NCBI GenBank assembly: GCA_963737065.1
Contig: CAVTRC010000001.1
Coordinates: 2,176,001-2,240,000, forward strand
Direction of reading: 5' to 3'
From: Candidatus Eremiobacteria bacterium
Lineage (GTDB): Bacteria > Vulcanimicrobiota > Vulcanimicrobiia > Vulcanimicrobiales > Vulcanimicrobiaceae
DNA: 64,000 nt
The notes below the pieces were generated by a model that saw only the letters and a list, made by a program, of their open reading frames with translations, was not told the DNA's origin and made no database searches. The translations under genes were made by a program, and so were the position numbers. Every line of letters starts with the position of its first letter. The stretch's first letter is position 1. This document shows positions 53,201 through 62,496 of the stretch, piece after piece.

Positions 53201-54103
53201 GTGATGCGATTCACCACGCGCGACATCATCCCCGTCACGCAGCCGTATCGTTTGGACCTCACGGTCGACGCGCTGCGCCGTCTCGCGGCGAACGTCGTCG
53301 ACGTGGTGGGCGACGACGGCGCGTATTACCGCGCGCTTTCCAACGGACGTACCACGAGCGCGCTTCGCGTAACGCAATGCGAAGACGGTTCTCTCGAACT
53401 CCAAACAAGCGCGCGTAATTCGCACGCGATCTTGCCGACGGTACGCAAGATGCTCGGTACGGCGTTCGACCTAAGCGATTGGGAAAATCGAGCGTCTGGA
53501 ATTCCGTGGCTTGCGCGCATCGCGCGTGAATGTCGCGGCGTGCATCCGCCGCGATACGCGTCACTCTTCGAAGCGTGCGCACATGCAGTCGTATTTCAAC
53601 AGATAAGCATTCACGCCGCGGCAGCCATCATGCGACGCGTCGTGGAGGCGCTCGGCGAACCGGTGGAAATCGACAGCGTACGGCTCGTTGCGTTTCCGAC
53701 GCCGCGCGCGATGCTGCGCGCGAAGGAGTCAACGGTGCGCGGTGCCGGACTTTCGGCGAACAAAGTGATGCACTTGCGTTCTGTCGCCGAGGCGATCGAT
53801 GGCGGCGACATCTCTGAAGGCGATATCGAAGCGTTGCCGACACCGGCCGCGTCCGAACGCTTGGTGCAAATTCGCGGCATCGGTCCATGGAGCGCGGCCG
53901 TCGTGCTGTTGCGCGGTTTCGGCCGGCTCGACGTCTTCCCGATGCGCGATTCCGGCGTCGCGCGTACGATCAAGCTCCTCTCCGGCGATGCCAACGTCGA
54001 CGTCGACGCCGTGCTCGACCGCTTAGGGCCCGTGCGCGGAATGCTCTACTACCATTTGCTGCTCGGTCGCATCCGCAACCTTATTCCGGTCGCCGCCGAT
54101 TGA
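53201..54103 (+). CDS. alkA: DNA-3-methyladenine glycosylase II
   Basis: QQIS, FPTP, HhH IRGIGPWSA, DVFP..D. Confidence 0.88.
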   Translation: MMRFTTRDIIPVTQPYRLDLTVDALRRLAANVVDVVGDDGAYYRALSNGRTTSALRVTQCEDGSLELQTSARNSHAILPTVRKMLGTAFDLSDWENRASGIPWLARIARECRGVHPPRYASLFEACAHAVVFQQISIHAAAAIMRRVVEALGEPVEIDSVRLVAFPTPRAMLRAKESTVRGAGLSANKVMHLRSVAEAIDGGDISEGDIEALPTPAASERLVQIRGIGPWSAAVVLLRGFGRLDVFPMRDSGVARTIKLLSGDANVDVDAVLDRLGPVRGMLYYHLLLGRIRNLIPVAAD

Positions 54104-54113
54104 ACCGGGTGCT

Positions 54114-54836
54114 ATGGCTTCGATCTCCACTCCGGTGTTTACCGTCCAACGTTCCGCCAATCGCGCGTTCTTCGATCACGGTTGGCTGAAGACGTACCAT
54201 TCATTTAGCTTCGCCGACTATTTTGACGAGAAAAACCTGCACTGGGGCGCGCTGCGGGTCTTCAACGATGACTGGGTCGCCGCAGGCAAAGGTTTCCCGC
54301 CGCATCCGCATCGCGACATGGAGATCGTGACGTACGTTCTTCAAGGACGTCTCGCGCATCGCGACAGCATGGGAAACGAGGGCATCGTCGGTCCGGGTGG
54401 CGTCCAGTTCATGAGCGCCGGGACCGGCGTTCGCCACAGTGAGTTTAACGACGACGCGGAAGAGCCGTTGCATCTCGTGCAAATGTGGGTGATTCCCGGA
54501 CGTACCGGTGAAGCGCCGTTGTACGGTCAGATGGACTTCGACCCGCACGCGCGGTACAACACATGGCTACGCATCGTCAGCGGCGAGCCGAGCGTCGGCG
54601 CGCCGATCCGCATCACGCAAGAGGCGACGTTTGCGGTGGCACGCGTTGACGGCGTGCTACCTGTCTACGAGTTCACGCCGCAACGGTTCGGTTTTCTCTT
54701 CGTCGCCTCGGGCAACGCTGAAGCGAACGGCGAGAGCCTCCAAACCGGCGACGCCGTCCGCCTCTACGATGTCCGCACACTCCAAATCAAGGGCAGCGCC
54801 GAACTCGTCCTCTGGGACACGCCGCCGGTCGCATAA
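54114..54836 (+). CDS. Pirin family protein
   Basis: HPHRDMEI.TYV, HRDSMGN, MSAGTGVRHSE. Confidence 0.93.
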   Translation: MASISTPVFTVQRSANRAFFDHGWLKTYHSFSFADYFDEKNLHWGALRVFNDDWVAAGKGFPPHPHRDMEIVTYVLQGRLAHRDSMGNEGIVGPGGVQFMSAGTGVRHSEFNDDAEEPLHLVQMWVIPGRTGEAPLYGQMDFDPHARYNTWLRIVSGEPSVGAPIRITQEATFAVARVDGVLPVYEFTPQRFGFLFVASGNAEANGESLQTGDAVRLYDVRTLQIKGSAELVLWDTPPVA

Positions 54837-54842
54837 CGCGCG

Positions 54843-55226
54843 TTACGATCCCTTACCGGATCCGCCGCGTCGGCCTGACGATTTCTTTCCGCGAGCGCCG
54901 CTCGCCATTGCTTGTTCCGCAAGCACCGCCCCTGTTTCGAGAACGACCCCGGCGACTTCCAAGATCGTCCCGAGTTTCTTCGCTCCCCGCGTCGCGTTCG
55001 GCGCGGCCTTCTTCGCTCCGGCCGCGGCCTTCTTTGCTCCGGCTGCGGCTTTCTTTGCGACGTCGGTGCCCTTTTCAACGCCGTCAGCGATCGCTTTCGC
55101 CGGCGACTTCTTCGTCGCAGTCTTCTTGCGGGCAGTCGTCTTCGTCGACGACTTTTTCGCCGTCGACCGTTTTGCCGCGGTCGACTTCTTGCTCGGCGAT
55201 TTTTTACTGGTTTTTCTTGCTGCCAT
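54843..55226 (-). CDS. Lys/Ala-rich basic (histone H1-like) protein
   Basis: KK-rich repeats including KKAAAGA; GGGGAG RBS. Confidence 0.7.
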   Translation of the reverse strand: MAARKTSKKSPSKKSTAAKRSTAKKSSTKTTARKKTATKKSPAKAIADGVEKGTDVAKKAAAGAKKAAAGAKKAAPNATRGAKKLGTILEVAGVVLETGAVLAEQAMASGARGKKSSGRRGGSGKGS

Positions 55227-55274
55227 GCTACCGTTCTCCCCCGCATGCCGGACGCTCAAAACGCCGCCCCTCGT

Positions 55275-56066
55275 TTAACCACCTTGCACGACAACCCGCC
55301 GCGAAGCCGCCCGCCAGACCAGCGTCGATAGCGTCCCGAAAAGGCCGAGCCAAACCAGCTGGACGAAGAGATACATTACCCACTGAGCCCGCGGAATGAC
55401 GCCGACATAAATGAGCAACGGCGTCGAGTAAATTGCCGCGAAGGGCAGCGCAAACACGACGCGCCCGATGAGGCCCGGAAAGAACGTCAACGGAATGATC
55501 TGCCCCGAGAGCAGATCGGACACCCACCGCACGACCAACTGCACGGCGAACGTCTCGAGCGTCCAAAACGCGATCGAATTCATGAGGAAATTCAAGAAGA
55601 AGTTCACGCAGTATCCTAAGACAAATGAAAGCGCGAACATCGCCAACGTATCGACGGGCGGCACGTCGATATGAACCAGCAGCAAGGCAAAGAGCAGCGA
55701 AGGGATGACCAACAGCGCGTGCAGCAACGTCTGCCCGATTCCGTCGGAAAAGAAGTACATCGGCACGCTGATCGGCTTCATCAAATCCGTCGCGATGGTG
55801 CCTTCCCGGATCTTCTCACGAATCAGCCGCGTCCCATCAACCTCCAGAATCAACGACATCAACAACGACACCGTCGCATACGTAATCATCGCATGCAACG
55901 GCAAATTGATCGGCATAGCGTTCTGCGAATAAAGCGCCGTCCACAACGACCGCAGCAAATACACGCGCAAAACCAGCGACCCGACCTCGGTCAAAACCTC
56001 CATCCGGTAAGTCGCCTCACGCGCAAACGCCTTTTTCGCAAACTCAACATACGGCGCCGCAATCAC
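55275..56066 (-). CDS. ABC-2 family permease (DUF990-type)
   Basis: IREGTIATDLMKP, LSGQIIPL.FFP. Confidence 0.9.
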   Translation of the reverse strand: MIAAPYVEFAKKAFAREATYRMEVLTEVGSLVLRVYLLRSLWTALYSQNAMPINLPLHAMITYATVSLLMSLILEVDGTRLIREKIREGTIATDLMKPISVPMYFFSDGIGQTLLHALLVIPSLLFALLLVHIDVPPVDTLAMFALSFVLGYCVNFFLNFLMNSIAFWTLETFAVQLVVRWVSDLLSGQIIPLTFFPGLIGRVVFALPFAAIYSTPLLIYVGVIPRAQWVMYLFVQLVWLGLFGTLSTLVWRAASRRVVVQGG

Positions 56067-56119
56067 AAAAATCTCAATTCCAACCAGCGAAAGAACAACC
56101 CAAACGCCCGACGCAACCT

Positions 56120-56299
56120 TGGCGTGGTTCGACTGGCGGCGGCACCGTTCGGCTCGGGGGCGTCTGATTTTTGCGCCCAGACAGGATGTCTGTTACAAAA
56201 CTTGTTCCGCGCAAAAATCAGCCGAGCGAAAAAATCACACGAAGTGATGTTTTCGCGTCCCCCAAAAGGAACCGTCGTATCGGCGCATGAGCCGCGCCA
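56120..56299. repeat. Structured intergenic element, copy 1
   Basis: Core 56166-56254 is shared with 60596-60682; nested inverted repeats. Confidence 0.8.
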
Positions 56300-56310
56300 G
56301 TAGCCGCCAA

Positions 56311-56967
56311 TCAGCGTTTGGGCTTGTTCTTGAGCGCATCGCGGCGTCGAGCTTCCATCTCCTGAAGCTCCAGCATCATCACATCGACAACGGTTTCCGC
56401 TTCAACCGGGGCCGCCAAGGTGTCTTTGTCTTCACGCGGACGGCCTGCCGGAGCCGTGCCGACGTGCGCATCGAGCACGGCGTCTTGCGCGTGCGTCTTG
56501 CGCAAGAACTGCGCGTAGGTCAGCGCCGCCCTCGCATTCGCGTCGGGTGCTTTTTCGATATTGAACACCGCTTCGTTGAAGTCGCCGGCGGGTTGTTTCA
56601 CCGCGTTTGGTGCTACTCGCGCGTTCGATTGAATCGTTACACCGTTGTAGACGCGGGCGCCGCTGCCGATCGCGCAGCCCTTTTGTAGCGTAGCTCCGGC
56701 GACGAACGCATGCGGTCCGATCATGCAGCGGTCGCCGATGGTGACCGGAAACTGCAACGCGCGTCCACCGCTCGATTTCACGACCGCGTGCTCCATGACG
56801 ACGCAATCCGATCCGATCGTTACGGGCGCGCCCTCCGCCGTGATGATCGCACCGTGCAAGACGGCGCAGCCCGCCCCGATCGTGACATCGCCGCTCACCG
56901 TTGCGCTCGGCGCGACGTAGGCGCTCGCATGAATCTTCGGCTTCTTCGTTCCGCTTGACAGAATCAT
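56311..56967 (-). CDS. Gamma-carbonic-anhydrase-like hexapeptide-repeat protein
   Basis: P.IH.SAYVAPSATVSGDVTIG hexapeptide repeats. Confidence 0.85.
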   Translation of the reverse strand: MILSSGTKKPKIHASAYVAPSATVSGDVTIGAGCAVLHGAIITAEGAPVTIGSDCVVMEHAVVKSSGGRALQFPVTIGDRCMIGPHAFVAGATLQKGCAIGSGARVYNGVTIQSNARVAPNAVKQPAGDFNEAVFNIEKAPDANARAALTYAQFLRKTHAQDAVLDAHVGTAPAGRPREDKDTLAAPVEAETVVDVMMLELQEMEARRRDALKNKPKR

Positions 56968-57115
56968 AGGAGCGGTGTCCGCGCGCGAACGTCCGATCTC
57001 CTGGACGAAAGCGAGCTTACTCTAAGTAGCTTATGATGGGTCTTATGGCCCAAGGACCGTTGGGCAAAGCATGGTAAGGTAGAGCTGCCGCGTAGGCTCT
57101 TTGAGGAACCGACAC

Positions 57116-57676
57116 ATGTCCCTTGACTTCCATACTGCTATCACGCCGTCTAAAGACATCGTGTTAAAACGACGTGCTTTCAGCTCCGTTGTGTTAGTGA
57201 GCGAACAGCTCACTATCGAGTGTGCGCACCCGGGCGCGCTCGAACTCCTTTCCAAAAAACTCGGAATGCCGGCCGAATCTCTCGACCGCTTTCCCCTTCC
57301 GATCGAACGTCAATTGCGCGATGCCGTGCGACGCGTCGACGCGAGCGGACGCGATATCGTAATCGAACCCGTCCCGTCGCTCTTGATTCGCGTCTCGCGG
57401 TTACGCGGCGCGGACGGTCACGCCGTTACGGCACTGCTCGTCGAAGAGCGCACCGTTCGCGATGCGGCTAAGCGCGCGCGGCAAGAATATCGCCTCACCA
57501 ATCGCGAGAGCGAAGTGTTGCGCCTGGTGCTGCGCGGAAAATCGGGCGAGCAGATCGCGCGACACATGTGCATCGCTGAAACGACCGTTGCCGACTACAT
57601 CAAAGCGCTGCTACGAAAGACGTTTTCGAAGAATCGCGCCGAGATGATCGCGCGCATTTGCGACGAGACGTTTTAG
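57116..57676 (+). CDS. LuxR-type HTH regulator
   Basis: LTNRESEVL...G....IA....IAETTV. Confidence 0.85.
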   Translation: MSLDFHTAITPSKDIVLKRRAFSSVVLVSEQLTIECAHPGALELLSKKLGMPAESLDRFPLPIERQLRDAVRRVDASGRDIVIEPVPSLLIRVSRLRGADGHAVTALLVEERTVRDAAKRARQEYRLTNRESEVLRLVLRGKSGEQIARHMCIAETTVADYIKALLRKTFSKNRAEMIARICDETF

Positions 57677-58690
57677 GTCGTGTAGTCGGGAATCACATCT
57701 TCCGACGTACGATACCCCTCCAGGTAAATGCGCCGGATGATCGATTCCAAATCGGGTTCTTCCAGCGTGACGTCCTGGAGTCTATAACGCTCGCTCGCCT
57801 CGCGGATTAAGAGATCCGCTCGTTGTACGATTTCGGTCGAAGCGGAAGCGCGCGATTGTCCCATCGCATTCTTCGAGCTCGGCGCCCGGCAGGTGCGGTA
57901 TCGCGATACGGTTTTCGAATCGAAGCACGAGGCGGCGGAATCGGCCGTACTCCGTCTTGATTCGCTCGACATCGCCGTCGTAGATGATCGTTCCGTGATC
58001 GATCAGCACGATGCGGCGGCACAACCGCTCGACGTCCGCGAGATCGTGCGTCGTGAGAATGATCGTCGTGCCGCGCTCCGCATTGATTCGTGCGATGAAT
58101 TCGCGAATCGCTTCTTTTGCCACGACGTCGAGCCCAATCGTTGGTTCATCGAGGTAGACGATCTTCGGATCGTGCAGCAACGCTGCGGCGAAGTCGCCGC
58201 GCATGCGTTGTCCGAGCGAGAGCTGACGAACCGGCGTGCGCAAGAAGTCGTCCATTTGCAGCAGCTGAATGAATTCATCGAGGTTGCGCTTGTAGGCCGT
58301 TTGCGGGATCCCATAGATCGCGCGTAACAACTCGAAGGACTCGATCAGCGGCAGATCCCAGTAGAGCTGGCTTCGCTGTCCGAACACGACGCCGATATTG
58401 CGAGCGTTCTCTTTCCGGCGTTCGTACGGAATGAGCCCCGCAACATCGATCGTCCCGGACGTCGGAACCAAAATGCCGGTTAGCATCTTGATCGTCGTCG
58501 ATTTTCCCGCGCCGTTTGGTCCGATGTATCCGACCAACTCGCCCGCTTCGAGGGACATCGACACGCGATCGACCGCCACGCGTTCCTCATACGTGTGCGA
58601 GAAGAGCGTGCGGATCGCGCCGAGCGCTCCGGGCGTACGTCGAACGCTGCGGAACACTTTTCGCAAGTCGCGGGTCTCGATGATCGCCAT
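57673..58690 (-). CDS. ABC transporter ATP-binding protein; single frameshift near 57828
   Basis: GPNGAGKST, LSLGQ, LDEPT; C-terminal EPDLESIIRRIY lies in another frame. Confidence 0.88.
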
Positions 58691-58708
58691 CGCTAAACTT
58701 CTTTCGCT

Positions 58709-59314
58709 GTGATCGTCACGATCTCCAACAAATACGGATCCGGTGCCGTAGACATCGCTGCGCGCGCCGCCGCGCAGCTCGGATATACGGTTGTAGACCG
58801 TCAGCTGCCGGTCGTCGTTGCAAAGCGGATGCGGATTAGCCGTAGCGTCGCGCAGGAAGCCGAAGAATCGGGCCGTTCGCTCGGCTCGCGCCTGCTCACC
58901 AGCCTCGAACTCGCAACGCCGGAAGTCGTTGCGGAGAAGTTCGGCGAGACGTTCGATGAATCGTTGTTGCGAGAGGTGCAGCGCGCGGTGCGCGACTATG
59001 CTGCGCGCGGCAACTGTATCATCGTCGGGCGCGCCGCATCCGTGATTCTCGGGCGGCGTCCGGACGTGCTGCGCGTCTATATGTTTGCTCCGCGCGAGTG
59101 GCGCATCGAGCGCCTCGTGCAAACGCTCGGCGTCGATGAGAAAGCGGCAAGCGCCGAAGTCGATCGAATGGATCGCGCGCGTCGCGCGCATTTGCGCGAT
59201 TGGTACAACGTCGACATGGGATCATCGGAGCTCGTCGATCTCGCGATCGACACATCGACATTCGGCGAAGAAGCCTCCGCAAAGCTAATCGTCGCGGCGG
59301 TGCATGCGCGATAG
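58709..59314 (+). CDS. Cytidylate kinase-like family protein
   Basis: IVTISNKYGSG, CIIVGR, D..R. Confidence 0.85.
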   Translation: MIVTISNKYGSGAVDIAARAAAQLGYTVVDRQLPVVVAKRMRISRSVAQEAEESGRSLGSRLLTSLELATPEVVAEKFGETFDESLLREVQRAVRDYAARGNCIIVGRAASVILGRRPDVLRVYMFAPREWRIERLVQTLGVDEKAASAEVDRMDRARRAHLRDWYNVDMGSSELVDLAIDTSTFGEEASAKLIVAAVHAR

Positions 59315-60533
59315 CGGCGCCCGTACGATCCTCGCGCCGCTGCGCTTTCGCGATTTTCGTCTGCTTTGGATCGGGTTGATGGTTTCGAATCTCGGCACGT
59401 GGATGCAGTTCACCGCCATGGGATTCTTCGTGTCGCAACTCGCGGGCTCGCCGCATCGTGCGGCGCTCTATCTTGGGATCATCGGCGGCGCCCGCGCCGT
59501 TCCGGTGATGCTGCTGTCGCCGGTCGCGGGCGTCATCGCGGATACGCAGCCGCGTCGGCGCGTGCTCGTCATGACAAATGTAACGATGTCGCTCGCCGCC
59601 CTGGCATTAGCGGTGCTCGCAACGATTCATCACTTGAGCATGATCGGGCTCGTCGTGATCTCCGCGGTGAACGCGGCTGCAAACGCGTTCGATTCGCCGG
59701 TGCGGCAAAGTTGGACGCCGCATCTCGTGGATCGTCCGCTGGTCGGCAATGCCATCGGCCTCTCGTCCGTCGCATTCAACGCTCCGGCCGTTATCGGTCC
59801 CGCCATTGCAGGCGTGCTGATCGTCTGGGTCGGTGTCGCGGGCTCGTTTTACGTCAATGCGGTCGCAACGCTCGCGGTCGTCGTCGCGATCATGATGATG
59901 GCGCCCTCGCCGCCGTCCGGAGCAACGCGCGAGCCGATGCTCGAATCGATTCGCACGGGCTTACACTTTCTCGCAAACCACGCAATCCTGCGATGGATCA
60001 TTCTCGTCTTCATCGTAACGGCGATCCTCGTGCGTCCCTACAGTCAGCTGATCCCCGCATTTATCGTTAACACGCTCAACGGTGACGCACGAGCGTTAGG
60101 CTGGACCGTCGCGGCGGTCGGCATCGGCGGCTTCGGCGGCGCACTCGTCACCGCAGCCTTCGCCGGCCGCGAACGCCGGTCGACACAATGGGTGATCGCC
60201 GGATCGCTAATGTCGGCCGGCGTGCTCGCGCTAGGGTTCATCTGGAACATCGGTTTTACGATCCCCGTTTTCTTCGCAATCGGCCTCGGCACACTGGCGT
60301 TCCTCGGAGCCTCGAACACGCTCATCCAAACGCTATCGCCCGACGACGTGCGCGGCCGCGCAATATCTGTCTACACGATGGTAGCGGTCGGCATCGTCCC
60401 CGGTGGCTCGCTCGTTCTCGGCGCCATCGCCGCCGTAATCGGCCTGCACCTCACGTTCGCGATAGCCGGTGCGACCTGTCTCCTCATAGTCCTCAGCGTA
60501 TATGTATTCCGCCCCATCATTCGCACCGTATAA
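59304..60533 (+). CDS. MFS transporter
   Basis: RDFRLLWIG..VSNLGTWMQ; about 12 TM helices. Confidence 0.93.
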   Translation: MRDSGARTILAPLRFRDFRLLWIGLMVSNLGTWMQFTAMGFFVSQLAGSPHRAALYLGIIGGARAVPVMLLSPVAGVIADTQPRRRVLVMTNVTMSLAALALAVLATIHHLSMIGLVVISAVNAAANAFDSPVRQSWTPHLVDRPLVGNAIGLSSVAFNAPAVIGPAIAGVLIVWVGVAGSFYVNAVATLAVVVAIMMMAPSPPSGATREPMLESIRTGLHFLANHAILRWIILVFIVTAILVRPYSQLIPAFIVNTLNGDARALGWTVAAVGIGGFGGALVTAAFAGRERRSTQWVIAGSLMSAGVLALGFIWNIGFTIPVFFAIGLGTLAFLGASNTLIQTLSPDDVRGRAISVYTMVAVGIVPGGSLVLGAIAAVIGLHLTFAIAGATCLLIVLSVYVFRPIIRTV

Positions 60534-60539
60534 CAGACG

Positions 60540-60736
60540 GGTTTGGCGTGTTGTGAATCTGCCCCAGAGTCCTTGGGCTCGGTTCCGGGGTTTGGGATTT
60601 TTGCGCCCACACAGGACGTGTGTTTCAGAACTTGTTCTGCGCAAAAATCGCGGAAGCGAAAAATCACACGAAGTGATTTTTCAGCGGCCCCGGAACCGAC
60701 CCCAAGAGCTCTGGGCACATTCACAACACGCAAACC
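60540..60736. repeat. Structured intergenic element, copy 2
   Basis: ~50 bp imperfect terminal inverted repeats enclosing the core shared with copy 1. Confidence 0.85.
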
Positions 60737-60750
60737 AAGGCCCGCGCAAC

Positions 60751-60779
60751 AAAAAAGCGAGCCGCATGGTGCGGCTCGC
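60751..60779 (-). terminator. Intrinsic terminator of the histone-like gene
   Basis: GCGAGCCGCA stem followed by T6 on the minus strand. Confidence 0.8.
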
Positions 60780-60806
60780 AAATGAGGCGTAAAAAACGCC
60801 GGTAAG

Positions 60807-61157
60807 TTAAGCTGCTGCTTTCTTCCGGCGCGATGATTTACGGCGAGTAGTCTTGCGAGCCGAAGCCTTACGCGTCGATTTGCGGGCGCTCGACTTGCGC
60901 GTGCTCTTCTTGCGCGAGGTTTTCTTACGGCCTGCGGTTTTTTTGCGTGCGCCGGCGGTCTTCTTGCGTCCGGCGGCGCTCTTCTTACGTCCGGCAGTGC
61001 TCTTCTTGCGTCCGCCTGCAGACTTCTTCCGAGAAGTCTTGCGGCGCGTCGTCGTCGCTTTCTTACGCGTACTCTTGCGGCCGGCTGATTTACGGCGCGG
61101 AGCCGCTTTTTTCGCAGCAGGTTTCGCCGCCGCTTTCTTTCTCCGTTTGACTGCCAT
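60807..61157 (-). CDS. Highly basic Lys/Arg-rich histone-like protein
   Basis: Repeated (A)GRKK(S/T) units, GAGAGG RBS, own terminator. Confidence 0.8.
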   Translation of the reverse strand: MAVKRRKKAAAKPAAKKAAPRRKSAGRKSTRKKATTTRRKTSRKKSAGGRKKSTAGRKKSAAGRKKTAGARKKTAGRKKTSRKKSTRKSSARKSTRKASARKTTRRKSSRRKKAAA

Positions 61158-61233
61158 GTGCGTGGAGTCGTCCTCTCTCTGGTAGTTAAGCAACCAGGGT
61201 TGTTGCCTTCCTTATACACAATATCGACCGTCA

Positions 61234-62028
61234 ATGCAAGTTTTGGTACATGACGACGTCCGAATCGATACGCGCATTGACGGCTCCGGCGATGAAGCGG
61301 TCGTGCTAATTCATGGTTTTCCGCTCGCGAAAGAAATCTGGAATGCGCAGATTGAGATGCTCGCGCGCGCGCATCGCGTCGTCGCCGTCGACTTGCGCGG
61401 TATGGGCGGATCGAGTGTTGTCGCGGGGCCGTATTTGATGGAAACGCTCGCGGGCGACGTCGCCGCAGTGATGGATCACTTCTCGATCGATCGCGCGACG
61501 ATCGTCGGACATTCACTCGGCGGGTACGTTTCGCTCGCGTTTGCGCGCATGTATGTTGAACGCGTCGCGCGTCTCGCACTCATCTGTAGCCGCGTCATCG
61601 CCGACACGTCGCCGATCGCGAACGGCCGTAACGACCTCGCGTCGCGATTGGAAACAAGCGGTTCGATCTCGGAGGTTCTCGAGAAAAACGTGCCCGCGCT
61701 TTTCGCTCCGAATACATTGGAAAACCGGCCCGAACTCGTGCGACACGCCCGAAAAATTGCAGAAAGCAACACGGCGCGCGGACTCGCCGCTATGCTGCGC
61801 GGCATGGCGGTTCGGAGCTCCTCCGAGGACATCGCGCCCGAGCTCGGGATGCCCGTTCTGGCCGTCGGCGGCGGCGCGGATCCCGTCGTCCCGCATGAAG
61901 AAACCGAGCGAATTGGACGCCTTTTTCCGAATGTGCATGTAGAATGGATGCCGGCGTCAGGCCACCTTCCGATGATGGAAGAACCGGAGCGCTTAGCGTT
62001 GGTGCTCGACGCGTTTACCGGCGGCTGA
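61234..62028 (+). CDS. Alpha/beta hydrolase
   Basis: HGFP, DLRGMG, GHSLGG, D...GH. Confidence 0.92.
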   Translation: MQVLVHDDVRIDTRIDGSGDEAVVLIHGFPLAKEIWNAQIEMLARAHRVVAVDLRGMGGSSVVAGPYLMETLAGDVAAVMDHFSIDRATIVGHSLGGYVSLAFARMYVERVARLALICSRVIADTSPIANGRNDLASRLETSGSISEVLEKNVPALFAPNTLENRPELVRHARKIAESNTARGLAAMLRGMAVRSSSEDIAPELGMPVLAVGGGADPVVPHEETERIGRLFPNVHVEWMPASGHLPMMEEPERLALVLDAFTGG

Positions 62029-62209
62029 CCGCGACGTCCCGGCGGCGGCGGCGGACGAGGTTATAGAGGAAGAGACCGCCGACGACCACGCCGGCGACAA
62101 GCGCTGCGACAACGACCACCTTCAGCACGACGACGAGCAGCAACAATCCGGCTAACGCCCCGGCGATGATGAGCGTCAGACGGATGAACGTGGCGAGCAG
62201 CGGATTCAT
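62015..62209 (-). CDS. Small membrane protein
   Basis: Hydrophobic stretch with a poly-Arg tail; GAGG RBS. Confidence 0.65.
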   Translation of the reverse strand: MNPLLATFIRLTLIIAGALAGLLLLVVVLKVVVVAALVAGVVVGGLFLYNLVRRRRRDVAVSRR

Positions 62210-62278
62210 GGAGTACCTCTGGACGGTCGTTGGAGTTCTCACCGTAATCTACCGATATTGATCGTGGAGGTTTCACGG

Positions 62279-62437
62279 ATGGATCTAAGCGGGATCGCGA
62301 CCAGCCTAGCGATGACGAGCGTCGCCCAAAGCGTCGACGTCGGCGTTTTGAAGGCGGTTCAAAACCTCGACGCGGCGAGCAGTGCGATGATGTTCGCATC
62401 GATCGGAGTCGGTACCGGCATCGACGCGTTTGCGTAG
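62279..62437 (+). CDS. YjfB-like small protein (52 aa; not in the ORF track)
   Basis: GGAGG RBS; MDLSGIATSLAMTSVAQSVDVGVLKAVQ...GTGIDAFA*. Confidence 0.7.
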   Translation: MDLSGIATSLAMTSVAQSVDVGVLKAVQNLDAASSAMMFASIGVGTGIDAFA

Positions 62438-62496
62438 TAGGCACGAACGACGCGTTCGGAGGATGCCTTCGCCCCTATAGCAGAAGACGCAGCCGC

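Noticed and set aside
56981..57095. c-di-GMP-I riboswitch upstream of the LuxR gene
   Set aside because: Only scattered words match (GGACG-AAAGC, CTAAG, GCTGCCG); there is no GGCAAA plus GNRA-capped P2 and the spacing is wrong.
57782..59191. 469-aa ORF as called
   Set aside because: The N-terminal extension is antisense to the cytidylate kinase-like gene; the real start is 58690 and the C-terminus is frameshifted.
60371..61579. 402-aa minus-strand ORF and similar long Arg-rich shadow ORFs
   Set aside because: Alternative-frame artefacts of high GC overlapping better-supported genes.
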